Assembly: GCF_009834535.1 (NCBI RefSeq)
Contig: NC_045732.1
Coordinates: forward strand, 43,214,001-43,278,000
Direction of reading: 5' to 3'
DNA: 64,000 bases
Source of the DNA: Camelus ferus
Lineage: Eukaryota
Shown: positions 36,494 to 59,150 of the stretch, piece after piece
How the letters are laid out: each line of letters starts with the position of its first letter
Numbering within the stretch: the first letter of the stretch is position 1
Translations under genes and position numbers: made by a program
Notes under the pieces: model-generated
What the model was told of the DNA's origin: nothing
Seen by the model: only the letters and a program-made list of their open reading frames with translations
Database searches by the model: none

Positions 36494-39400
36494 TCAGTGG
36501 TACTGCTGATAGCTGGGGTAGCCTGGGGCCGGGGTACCCTCCTTAGGGGGCAGCTGGCTGGGGTCCTCCAGGAATGGGGGTGCTAGAGAGGGGAGAATCA
36601 AGTAAAGGTGAGTGGAGGCGGCTAGTCAGAGCATTTCCTACCTCTCCCTGACCAGCTTTGCCAGGTTCTCACCATTGCGGAACTGCTGGGCGGTGTAGCG
36701 AGTGAGGAGGATGCCGACACCCTCGATGAGGGCCAACAGGATGCCCCCCATCATGGCCGAGCCCACCATGGCCAGTGGGCCACCTGAAGGAAAGAGGAGG
36801 CAGGAGAGAGGGAGGTGAGGGCAGGCAGAACTGGGTAGAAGGGGCTGGGGCCAGGGACTGAGGCACTCACTGCGGGCAGCCAGCACAGCTCCGGTCAACG
36901 CTCCACTGGTGATGGAGTTCCAAGGATCTTCCTTGCCCCGCAGTCGCACCAGACCACAGTCGATGGTGGAGAACAGGCCCCCCCACACTGCGAAGCTACC
37001 TGTAGGGGGACGAAGGCCTAATTAGTGTTCCTGAAGAATCGCAAGAATCTATGGCTCAGGGTCTGGGGACTTCCAAGGCCTGTATGCTCTGGCAAAGAAT
37101 GGGGAGAAAAACCCAGATGCAGAGGCAGATGGCAAACTCCTGGGGGATAGTCCCCATCTGTCCCTGTGGTGGCTTTTTCAAGCTGTCTATAATCATTATC
37201 ACACTTCCTTCACTTTCACGGGGAGTTGACAAGTGTTTACAGGCAAACTTATCTGCTTCTAGATGGCTTTTAACAGAGCAACTTTGATCCTCATAACTAC
37301 CACATAGAATTGGAATTCTGATCTTGGTTTGGGAGAAGGAAACGGATTAGGAAAGGCAGTTAACAATATGATGGTTAAAATGTTTACTGAGGTCTAACTC
37401 TGTGCCGGCACCTAATCTAGGCACTACATGTTATTTGACTTCTGAAAATGTAAAGTTAATATTATCAAAGTGCTTAGCAGCACAACCCACACTTAGTAAG
37501 GACAATGTAAATTACATAAATTATAAAATTGACTGGGGTGGTTAGTTATTGCCACCCCTGTGTTACAGATGAGGTTCAGAGATGTTAAGCCACTAGCCCA
37601 AGGTCACACATCAGGGAAGAGCCAGGGCCTGGACTGAAACTCCAGAACTCACCCATATTAAATTTCTGGGAAACATCACTCCCCCAGGAAGTCCCAGGCA
37701 GAATTGAGGCTAGAATCTGGACCCCTATCTTGCAGTCTAGACTCAAAGGAGCAACCACTCCCAACTCTGTTATCATATCTCTTTTATGTCTCCCCAAACC
37801 TCTCACCTCCAATTTGAGGGGCTCGGATCCTCACAGCATTGACACTACCTCTCAGTCGGTGCCGAATTCCCTGGGGGTAAGGGATAAGGAAGGGAATCAG
37901 AAGCAGGCTCACTGGCAGACAAGGTTTCTAGCTTTTAAAAGAGGGATGGGGTTGGGGGGAGCGTATAGCTCAGTGGCAGAGTGCATGCTTAGCATACACA
38001 AGGTCCTGGGTTCAATCCCCAGTACCTCCTCTAAAAATAAATAAGTAAACCTAATTACCTCCCCAGCAAAAAATTTAAAAATTTGAAAAAAAATTTAAAT
38101 AAATAAAAATAAAAATGAAAGAGGGACAGGGTGGGAAACCCACTAGAGGTATTAGGGGTAAAAATGTGAAGTGGCCAAGAATGAGGGGGCTGGAGAGCAC
38201 CCCAACATAGGTGTTCTCAGAGCTGGATTGAGAAGTTATTCATTCATTCATTCACTCATTCAGTAATTATTGAGGACCTATGTGCCAGGCCCCTTGTTAT
38301 ATGCAAGCAAACAGCAGTGAACAAGGTAGACGTGGCCCCTATCCTCTCAGAGCTCACATTACAGTGGGAGAGACAGATCCCAGATAAACAAGATAGCCTC
38401 AGACAGCAATGCAAACCCTACAGGAAATAGAATGAAGAGACATGATAGTGGCTGAGGGATCAGGAGTGGCTTCTTTAAGGAGTGGGACATTTGTGAACCT
38501 TGAGGATGAGAGGGAAAAGCTTGGGCAAAGATCCAGGAAAGAGAGTTCCAGGAGTTGAAGGGAGGAACAAGGCTAGATATATACGTTGCAGAAACCCTGA
38601 CAAATGGATGGCATTTCAAGTCATGACATTGGATGAGATCTCCCAGGGGGGTGGGGCAGGTGTCAGAGAAGGTGATAGAATTACGTTAAATNNNNNNNNN
38701 NNNNNNNNNNNNNNNNNNNNNNNNNNNNNNNNNNNNNNNNNNNNNNNNNNNNNNNNNNNNNNNNNNNNNNNNNNNNNNNNNNNNNNNNNNNNNNNNNNNN
38801 NNNNNNNNNNNNNNNNNNNNNNNNNNNNNNNNNNNNNNNNNNNNTTGCAGCAATATGGATATCCCTGGAGAATGTCATTCTAAGTGAAGTAAGCCAGAAA
38901 GAGAAAGAAAAATACCATATGAGATCACTCATATGTGGAATCTAAAAAAAAAAAAAAAAAAAAAAACCATAAATACAAAACAGAAACAGACTCACAGACA
39001 TAGAATACAAACTTGTGGTTGCTGGGGGGGGAGGTACAGACTGGGATTTCAAAATCTGTAAATACTGACAAGCATATGCAGAATAGATAAACTAGATTAT
39101 ATGGTATAGCACAGGGAAATATATACAAGATCTTGTGGTAGCTCACAGTGAAAAAGAATGTGACAATGAATATGTATGTTCATGTACAACTGAAAAATTG
39201 TGCTCTACACTGGAATTTGACACAACATTGTAAAATGACTATAACTCAATAAAAAAAAAGTTAAAAAAAAGCATTTTCTCAACTTTAAGGCTGTCCTGCC
39301 AGTTAAACTCCCGTCACTTCCCTCTACCCAGGTTTCTGACCCAGAATCTGCCTCTAGGTGAAATCTGTACGGCTTTGCACACACATTTAGGTCTTGGTAA

Positions 39401-40629
39401 TGACCCTTGTGACAACACAGCATTTCCAGAGGAGCTTCACTTGGGTGGGGGGTGAGAGGCAGAGGTCATGTCTGCAGTTCCTCCAAACTCCCAGATCCTG
39501 GAGCCAGGCCTGGCACATAGGTCAGCAGACACCAGAATAAATAAATGCATGTTATTGGCAGCTCCAAGCAGTTTTCAGAACAGTATCCTGTGTGGGCAGG
39601 GCAGGATCCCCGCACCACCCAGGGAAGGCAAGGACTCACGACAGGGGCATTGCGGAAGCCCTTAATGGCCTGGAAGACTCCACCGCCGATAACACCCATA
39701 GTGAAGGCTCCACCGCAATCATCCACAATTCGCCATGGGCTGCAAGCGGGAAGGGGAGGATGGGGTTAATGTGAGCCCTCCCCCATGCCATGTCACAAGG
39801 ACTCTTTCCCACTGGAAGAAACCACTTCACCCAAATGGGAAGTAGCACTTCAAGAGATTATTTTCCCTCCATTTAGGCAGGAAATAGTGCGGAAGAGGCA
39901 GTCTTTGCCCTGTCCGCCCCTCCCCTTCACAGCCAACCAAGAAAACAGCCAACTGCTTTACTAATATCAAAGATTAAATGAATTGATAACTAGCAAAGAG
40001 TTGGCACATTTAAATAAGCGCTACAGAAGTGTTAACAAGTTAGCACGGTTACTAAAGCAGGATGGGGTCGCACCCCTTTCTCCGACAATGATCACGTCCA
40101 ACCGAGCCCCGCCCTCTTCCCTTTTTTAACCCCCCGCACAACTGGGAAAAACCAAGCGCTGACAGTGGGGAGGATCCAGCACCCGCTTCTTGCCCACAAC
40201 TGGCTCGCTTGGGCCCCGCCTCCATTAACTGAAACGACCTGGGAAAAACCACGCGCAGTAATCCTGGGGGTTTCCGCTAGATGAACCAACCCCCAGCTGG
40301 AATGGATTCGACCAACGTGTCTCTTTTCGTTAACAAAGAGGGACTGGGAGGTACGAAGTCACGGGAAACGTGGAGTGGTTCCTGCTGCACCGCACCTTCT
40401 CCTTCAGGCACACAATTGTGGCCCCCTTTTAACGGAGCCCGAATAGGAGGAACCAAGTGGAGGGGGGCAGGAGACAACAAACGTCTTAAGACCCTCCCGA
40501 GTCTGGGCTGTGGCGCTCTGTGGCCGATGCCTCCACCTCCCGCCTCCCACTGCTGGCCGTGGCGCCGCAACAACAGTCCCGAGGCCTGTGCCCCTCGCCG
40601 TACCAAGGCTCCCGAGCGTACTCCTCCAT
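36494..40629 (-). CDS. TIMM17B: Mitochondrial inner membrane translocase subunit Tim17-B, 172 aa
   Basis: Exons 40629-40604, 39739-39640, 37870-37807, 36999-36871, 36783-36673, 36582-36494 (519 nt). [24 protein letters not shown]...[29 protein letters not shown]...[10 protein letters not shown]. Confidence 0.97.
37951..38110 (+). mobile_element. tRNA-derived SINE in a TIMM17B intron
   Basis: Family head/tail; AAAGAGGGA on both flanks. Confidence 0.88.
38235..38690 (-). mobile_element. L2 3' portion
   Basis: CATTCATTCATT...TATTGAGGACCTATGTGCCAGG...CTCTCAGAGCTCACA. Confidence 0.8.
38845..39265 (+). mobile_element. Young L1 3' end (5' side hidden by N-run)
   Basis: TTGCAGCAATATGGAT...CATTGTAAAATGACTATAACTCAATAAAAAA. 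Confidence 0.85.
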
Positions 40630-41300
40630 GGCGCCGGCGTCCGGCCTCGCGGTCTGGCTAAACCCCGGCCAAGCCACGCCCCTGCCGTAAACGCATACAA
40701 GCGCCCGAGCTGTCTACCTATTCCAAGGCAATGATTGGGTCGTTTCGCCAGACGTCGGAGCAAGGCGCACTCTCATTGGCCACCCAGGTTTGCGTCATCT
40801 GATCACTGCAGCGTGAGCGTCGCACAGTTGCCTCAAGGCTCGGGGTGAGAGGACGTCATTCTGTGCTTTGAGAGAAGAAAGTCTTGTGGTCCTGGGGATC
40901 ATAGAGGCGACTAGAAAGAGGCGACCGGTCTGACAGCCTTCCACTACCCGTGTGACTATATTGGTAATGTCCGGGGTGGGCGCATTTTTTGGAGCTGAAA
41001 GAGGTGCTGCACTATACTCCCCCATCCCAGCGCTTTGGTTCCTCCCACCCGGCAGTCTTTGGGGAATGTTGGGTGAGCCCATTTCTGGGGCACGGGGGAG
41101 CCGCGCTTGGCCCCTTCGGGGATGGGCGGGGCCTGGGCCTGGGAGAGGAACCCGGCCCTAGAGTGTTGGCCTCGAGAGAAGGGTTGGTGAGAGTTTTAGT
41201 GATTTTACTGTTTATCCCTTACACCTTTTCGCAGGTAGATTTCTGTTGCCCAGCTCCTGGTGCGCGTGGGTAGGTGGGAGTCTAGATGAGTATATGCTGG
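40400..41300. promoter_or_regulatory. TIMM17B/PQBP1 bidirectional CpG-island promoter
   Basis: Head-to-head ATGs at 40629 (-) and 41390 (+); CCAAT-type and CRE-like (TGCGTCA, GACGTCA) motifs. Confidence 0.8.
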
Positions 41301-41371
41301 GGGAGGCGCTTGGTTACAAAATCCAGATTCAGATCCTCATCTGAGGTATTTTTCAGTCTGTCCTTTCGTAG

Positions 41372-44544
<3,173 letters not shown>

Positions 44545-44580
44545 GCCTTCGCCGCCCCCACACCTTCCCCCCAGGTTTTT

Positions 44581-44586
44581 AATAAA
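44581..44586 (+). terminator. PQBP1 polyadenylation signal
   Basis: AATAAA 37 nt after the stop codon. Confidence 0.85.
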
Positions 44587-44670
44587 AGTTTTGCCTGAGA
44601 GGCCTGAGTGCTTCCTTCTCTGGTACTTTTTGAGACTTCCCAACCCAAACCAGCAAGATGCAAAACACAT

Positions 44671-44676
44671 TTTATT
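44671..44676 (-). terminator. SLC35A2 distal polyadenylation signal
   Basis: TTTATT on + strand. Confidence 0.75.
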
Positions 44677-44944
44677 TACAAAAACTCACCTAAGAAATAA
44701 GTGGGGGGGGTTGGCAGAGACAAGAGGGTGACAGGGGCTGGAGGCCAAGGTGGGTGGGTCCCATCTGGGCCCTCATCACCAGAGAGTTTAGTCGTGTCAG
44801 CCCTGCGTGGGAGAGGGGGTGGTGGGGGCAGGGGATTCGGTGTCTACCTCTCCCCAGCACTAATACTGATCAGAGAGTTTGGTCCTGGCTGGGCCAGGGC
44901 AAGAAGGGAGAGCGAGGCCAGGCCAGCGTCTTCCATCCCAGCGG

Positions 44945-52520
<7,576 letters not shown>

Positions 52521-53433
52521 CCCATGGGTTCTACTGTCCCTCTTCTCTCTCGGCTCTTTATTGCAGCCTTTTGATGCCACCGCCCTTTCTGCATCAAAAC
52601 TCCCAGGTGCTTCTAGGTTGGACAGAAATTCCTCTTTACCTTCTCCCGGGAAGGCCCCGCCCCCTGGAGAGCCCGCGGGCATCTTAGAGGGAAGTGAGAC
52701 TTTGAGACGGCGGGGCAGGTGAGGGTCAGGAAGGTATGCAGGGTAGTAGAACATACTGGTGAAAAGGCACCGGAGAGTTGAAACAGGAGTCACCTTTGAA
52801 GATGGAAAAGTGAGAAGGGGACAGCTAAGCCAGCAGGCAAGAGAGGGTACAGCTGAGGTCGGGACAAGGGAAGCCAAGATAGAATAGGGCAGGGCAGGTA
52901 AGTCAAGAGTTGAGAAGTAGAGATGAGAGGGATGAGCAGGTAAGAAAACAAGGGAGAAGTGAAAAGGTAGGGGCAAAACAGGTGACTACACCCTGGAAGT
53001 TATTAGAATACAAGGAAGGGCTAGGGAGATGCCATGTCAGCGCTCAACCCCTATCGTGCCCTCACCAGTGCCCTGAAATGGCTTTTCTTCTCCCCTGGGG
53101 TTGGAGGACAGAAGCAGTATTTTTTCTGCCTCTGAGCTGGCCATCTTTGATTTCAGGTGTGTCCCAGACATCTTCAAGGTCTACAGCATCCCCAAATAAG
53201 CACTCCTGCACATACTGGGTGCTACAGAAGAGCTGATGGCAAAATCAACAGTTTTTCTTTGTGGTCCTGCTTAAACGAACCCGTAAGAGATCTTTAGGAC
53301 GGCACCATGAGACAGGCTTCCTGTGGGCAGAGTTGAAATCCAATCCCTCTCCCTCTTGGCTTAGCATTCAGTAGATGCTCCACGAATGCCTCACTGCATC
53401 TACAAATGGCCAGTCGCTTCTGATTCTATTACG

Positions 53434-53439
53434 TTTATT
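53434..53439 (-). terminator. PIM2 polyadenylation signal
   Basis: TTTATT on + strand ~940 nt after the stop codon. Confidence 0.7.
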
Positions 53440-54373
53440 AAATAGTGGGTTTCCACACATGGCTTTTTAAATAATCCAGGCAGGGGAAGGAGGGAGAGGA
53501 AGATACAGTTGGAGCTCCCCTCCCCAATACATAAGTATTTACATTTCAGCAACTGGACAATCCTGGCTCAGAAGGAGGCAGCAAGAATCCAAAAAAGGGA
53601 GAGGGTGGGGCCCCAGGAGAACAAACAATAAGACTTATTTCCCCCCCAGCCCCCCCCCAAATCCACCCCATCCTAGTGGACTCTAGTAGTGTCCATCTCC
53701 CACTCCTTCCCAAATAATTAAAGTTGGGTTCTCCTCACCAGAATAAGAGCACTTGGGATAACAGAGTAGGTCCCCTCACCAAAAAAAAAAAAAAAAAAAA
53801 AGAATAAAGGAAAGTAAAAAGAGCCCTGGGATAACAATAGGGCATTACCTCTCCCAGAACAAGCAATCCTGGGCTGAGGTAGGCAAGCAGCTTGACTGAA
53901 TATGGGACCCTAGGCTATGGGAAAGGGTTCCTTTGCTAAAATAAGAGCTGCTGGGTGGGGTATTGGAAGGAAAGCACCCTTGCCCAAGTTAAGAGCATTT
54001 GAACTAAGTTTGTGTGGTGGCAGCAGGAGATGCCAGTATATGGGGTTACTACTCATCAGAATAAGAGTCCTGGGGGCTCAGAATGGAAATAACTTCAACG
54101 AAATAAACATCCTTAGCAAAATGAGAAGCAAGGAAGGACCCCCTCCAGAATAAGAGAGCATACGTTCTGGGAGGAAGGCTCCTTAACAGGATTGGGATGG
54201 GGACTGGGAAAACTTGGCTTATGTCTTCTGACCCCTGATCCCCAATCTCTGACCCTAGTTAACACTGGATTTTTAATGACCTGTAAAACCAGATCAACAG
54301 ATACCCATCTATCCCTGTGGCATGACCATAACCATGGGATGGCTATTCCAACTAGTGGGGACCCTGGCCAGGA

Positions 54374-57300
54374 CTAGGGCAGTAGGGACCAAGCCAAAGG
54401 GGTGGAACCCCCTTTGGGGGTATTGAGGGGTGCATCCTCCGCTGGTGGTGTCTGCATCCACGGGTCCAGCAGAATCTCCTCCAGTGAGGGTCGGGCAGAG
54501 GGTTTGGGAGCCAGGCACCGGCGGATTAGGGCACAACAATCTGCAGATCAGAAGCACACAGGAGATTAGCAGTCACTTGGGGGTACTGGTCCCTGGAGGG
54601 ATGGAGACTGGTGGTCTAGAGCCAGTGAGAGGCTTACCTGGCGAGACATGGGCAGGGAAGTGGAGCTCAGCCTCCAGAATCTCCTGATCTCTCTCAAAGG
54701 GAATGTCCCCACATACCATGTCATACAGGAGAATACCCAGTGACCAGACAGTAGCTGGGAGTGCATGGTACTGGTGACGAGAGATCCACTCTGGGGGGCT
54801 GTACACCCGTGTCCCTGCATGCAAGCCAGAGGTTAGAGCATTCTCTGATAATGCCCTTCTCCCACCCTCCCCTCCCCAGGAAATGTGGTCCCTTCAACAG
54901 GATGAAGCAAACTCACTATATAAGAGTCCCCTCAACCAGAATAGAAGCTCTTTAAATATAACAGCAGGGTCTCACCACCAGAAAAAGAGCACTTAAGATA
55001 ACAGCAGAGTCCCCTCAACAAAGTAAAAGCACTTAAAAGTTATAGTAGGACCTCCTTACCAAAAAAAAGAAGACTCAGGATAATAATAAGATCCCCTCAG
55101 CAGAATAAGATCCCAAAACAAGATCAGGGTACTGTCAGAAGATGGACTTTACTGATGGACTCTACTAGAGGGCAAGGCTTGAAAGTCTAATATTAAAAAC
55201 CAAGAACCTTATAGAGGTGCACTATAGATCAAGGGTTACAGGATACCTCAGCTCTGGGGGCCAAAGATCAAGAGGCCAAAAAGGTAAATGATGAAATCTC
55301 TCCACAGAGATTTAGGAAAGCCTTACCATCAAAGTCAGTGTAGGGTTCATCATGAAGCAGGGCGCCAGAACCAAAATCGATGAGTTTGGCACAGCCCCGG
55401 CGGAGGTCCATCAGGATGTTCTCATCCTTGATGTCACGATGGACAACTCCACGGGCATGGCAGTGCCGAACAGCTGCCACTACCTGGGCAAAGAGGCAGC
55501 GGCTTCGACCTTCGCCCAACGGGCCCTGCTCTGTGATATAGTCAAAGAGATCCTGGGCGGGCAGAGGCCGCTCAAGGACCAGCATGAAGCCCTCGGGTGT
55601 CTCAAACCAGTCAAGCAGGCGGATCACACCAGGGTGTCCACCACCTGCACCCACCTTCCATAGCAGTGCCACTTCCAGTGGGCATGTGCCTGAGTCTGAC
55701 TGTTAGGGGAAGCAGGGAGAGAAAAGAGAACACAGATGTCAGGCTGGCAACTTTTGACTTCCCACCTGAACTTAAATCATAGTCCCCCTTCAGCCTCCTG
55801 ACTGTGTGACCTTGAGCAACCCACCTCCTTCCCTGGGCCTGTATTCTCACCTTTTTAAAAAATTTTATTTATTTATTTTTGTGGGGGAGGTAATTAGGGG
55901 ATTGAACCCAGGACCTCCTGCATGCTAAGCATGTGCTCTACCACTTGAGCTATACCCTCCCCGTTTCCTCATCTTAAGGGCTCAAACTCTCACAGTCATT
56001 GGAAAGGTGATTCAAGCCAAAAGCCTATACACATCTGCCAAGTAATAGGAGCTCAGTAAATATTTAAAGAATAAATCGAAGTGGTTCTTAACAAAGGGCC
56101 TTCAGCAGAAGAAGCAACTGATGAACACTATTATGTAATAATTTATCTGTTTTGTTCACTGACATCTAAAAGAAATTAGACTAGTGCCTTACACATAGTA
56201 GGTGTGAATAAATGTTAAATAGATGAAAGCACTTTATAGCACAGGGTCTCACACAGACTTAGCACTCAATAAATACTATTATTGTGTAATGGTTTGTTTT
56301 GTTCGCCGACATAGCTCAAGCACTAAAACAATGCCTGGTAACAGGGTAAGGTTCAATACATATTTGTTAAGCAGGTGAAAGCAATTAGTAGAAAAGGACT
56401 AGCATAAAAAGAGCTCTCAATAAATGTAATATTTTGCCAAGTGCCAAGAATTGTGCCTGGCACATTCTAAGTGCTCAATATACATTTTGTTAAATAGCTG
56501 GAAGTAATTAATTGCAAAGGAACTGGCACAAAGAACTAAATAATGTTATCATGTGATAATTTCGTCCCTGTCACCAAGCACCTAGAACCGTGTTGAATGA
56601 AGTACTCAGTGGGGCTTGGAACACAGTAAGCTTTTATGATAAAGCAAGGTCTGTGACATACAGTCGGTGTTCAATGAAAGGCATAAATGTTACTGGCCAC
56701 AAAACCCGTCCCACTTTAGAAGCCCTGCATGGGCACAGGGCCTGCCAGAAGCAGCCTCCTGTCTGAGATTAGAGCCCTCTACCGGCGAGTCCGAGGACTA
56801 GCACAGCTGCGGACAGGTTTTCTCACGGTGATGAAAATTCCGGTACTGCGCAGGCGCACCTTCTCCCTCTGGGTCCCACAGCCTGCGCAGGCGCAGTCTC
56901 CCCAGAGCCCGCCAGGGGGCGCTCCCGCCCCTACAACTTGCCCAGACCCGCCCTGTTGTCCGTTAGCGCTCTAACGGCAGAAGAGAAGCAGCCGCCGTCA
57001 CCATGGCAACCAGTGACCTCTGCCCCTCTTTCCTCACCAGCATGCCCTGCGGGCAGCCCCTGAGGCAGTGTTTGGAGGGAGGATGAGAAAGGAGGGTGGG
57101 AGGGGAGAATCCAGGGCTCTGGGGGAACTGGGGTGAGTCAGAACTGTATGGAGGTGTGGATGTCACCACAGGGGAGTAAACATGGGCTGGTAGGAGTGTT
57201 CTTCTCACCGTTACAGGGCCCAGGGAGCCATACAAACCATAGAAAGGCGAAATCCATCATCAGAGATGGCGTCGCCAGGTCAAAAAGGACTCCAAAGATA

Positions 57301-58342
57301 CTCACCAAGGGGGACCAGCCCAGCACACGATTCCGGGGGATCACCTTGATGGCCACCTGAAGAGGCGGGCTGAGGTGAGGGGGCCAGCAGATGACCCCCA
57401 GACCCCTCCCAGTCTCGACCCAACCACCCCACACCACAACCCAAAAATTAGCTCTAGCTTCTCCCCTGCCCTCCAAGTCCCCAGAACCAAGTAGACCTCT
57501 CCCACCATCTTTGGCTCGGGTTCTCCCTTCTCAGGTTTCAGGATTCCTCACTTCAGGTATTGGGTTCTAAATTTTCTAACACCTCAAGCTCCCGATCTTC
57601 CCATCCAGCCCCAGGACACCTCAAATCTGTACCAGTGAGGTTCTGGTCCTCACAACCCACCCTGGACACCTGCCTCCAAAATCTCCCAAATCTCAGCTCT
57701 GGGTCCCTACGTTCTCACACATATATACTCTCCTGGATCCCAAGGTCTAGAGTCCTCATGACCACCCCCCCGCCTTAGTCTCACACACAGGACCTCCGGA
57801 ATCGTTGCCCTGAAACCCCCTTCTCCCTCACATACCCACCTGGACCGTCGCACGCGCCCGCGCGCGCGCGCGCCCGCGCCCGCTCCCTCAGACACCCCCA
57901 GCAACCCGGATCCTGGTCCTCATGACCCTACCACACGCACATTGTAGGCTCATTCCCTCGTCAATTAGCATCCCAGCCCCGGGACTCCTACCCCCGCCAC
58001 ACACACAACTGGCCGTCCCAAGACCCTTGTGGTGGATACCTGGAGTCGGTCTGTGACGCGATGTCCTGCGAAGACGGTGCCGAAGCCCCCTTTACCCAGG
58101 AGGGGGCCGAGTCGGTACTCGGCCTCGAACGCTTCTCGATCCTTGCCTCCTACGCAGGCGGAGGCGAGGAAGTCAGGGTGGTGGCGTGCTGAGGCGGCCG
58201 CGACCCCCTCTCCCTCCCCCCGCGCCGCCCTCAACCACTTCAGCCCGCCCGGCCTGGTCGCGGTAGCGGAGCCTCTCTCACCTGGCGGCGGCGTGGGGGT
58301 CATGGGGGCCACCGGGAGCCCCTGAAGAGGCTTAGTCAACAT
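54374..58342 (-). CDS. PIM2: Serine/threonine kinase Pim-2 (312 aa from the ATG)
   Basis: Exons 58342-58282, 58149-58040, 57356-57306, 55699-55327, 54814-54638, 54540-54374 (939 nt). [24 protein letters not shown], ends PLAWSLLP*. Confidence 0.98.
55855..55962 (-). mobile_element. tRNA-derived SINE (internally shortened)
   Basis: GGGGATTGAACCCAGGACC...GAGCTATACCCTCCCC. Confidence 0.85.
56847..57010. promoter_or_regulatory. Intronic regulatory element in PIM2 intron 3
   Basis: Two TGCGCAGGCGCA, CCGCCAGGGGGCGC, CCGTTAG-N4-CTAACGG and GTCACCATGGCAAC within ~165 bp. Confidence 0.65.
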
Positions 58343-59150
58343 GGAGGAGGAGCTGCGTAGATTGAGCCCGCTTAGCCCACAGGGCGTGGACGCCCGGGGT
58401 AGCGAGGCAGGGGAGCCAGGACTGGGGGGCGCCAGGGTGGAAGGTGAGGAAATTGGTGGCCCAGAAGCGCCGGCAAACAGCGCAATGTTAAGATTCGCCG
58501 CGCGCGCCAGCCCCGACGCTACTGAGACGGGGCACGCGCCTCCCGAGAGAGTCGCCCCGGGCGACGGCCCCGCCCATCCGGACGCGGCACCTGCTGTACC
58601 CCAGCCAATCGGAGCCCGTCCTTATTTGCATACCACCCTCAACGTTTCAAGTACCCCCTTATGCAAATACATGCCCGAATCTTCCGCGGGGGCGGGGTCT
58701 GCATGCAAATAAGGAGGGCGCGCGCGAAGAGGAAACTGGTTATGGGAATCCCTCTCGCAGCAACCGCGTTTTTGTTTTGGTTGTTGCTTGGGGTTGTTTT
58801 TATATATGTGTGTATATGCATATATAAACTTAAAAAAAAACTGCACCGCCTAGGAAGTTGGCTTACTTCCGCTGCTTCGAGATTAGCGCGGAGATAACGC
58901 CAGGCCTGGCTTCTAAGAATCCGGGCCTGTGGCTATCCAGGACCCTGTCTCCGAAGGGTGCTCCTCATACCAGTACGAATCCTCCAGGCAACTGGCGGCC
59001 TCCGCCCGGAAACCAAGGATCCTGCAAGAACCTGCTCAGCCTTCGTGGGGGGTGGCTAACCTCCCTGACCACCACCGCGGGGAAAGCACTGGTCAAAAGC
59101 AGCGTTCCCAAGCCCGGAGGCCACGGCCTGTGGGGTGTTTTGGGGGCCCT
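57800..59150 (-). promoter_or_regulatory. PIM2 CpG island/promoter
   Basis: CCAAT 58605-58609; octamers at 58624, 58661, 58703; GC box; TTCTAAGAA 58911-58919. Confidence 0.8.

Noticed and set aside
40140-40255. Repeated CTGGGAAAAACC in TIMM17B intron 2
   Set aside because: Only two short copies; could be RBPJ/NFAT-like but cannot be separated from chance.
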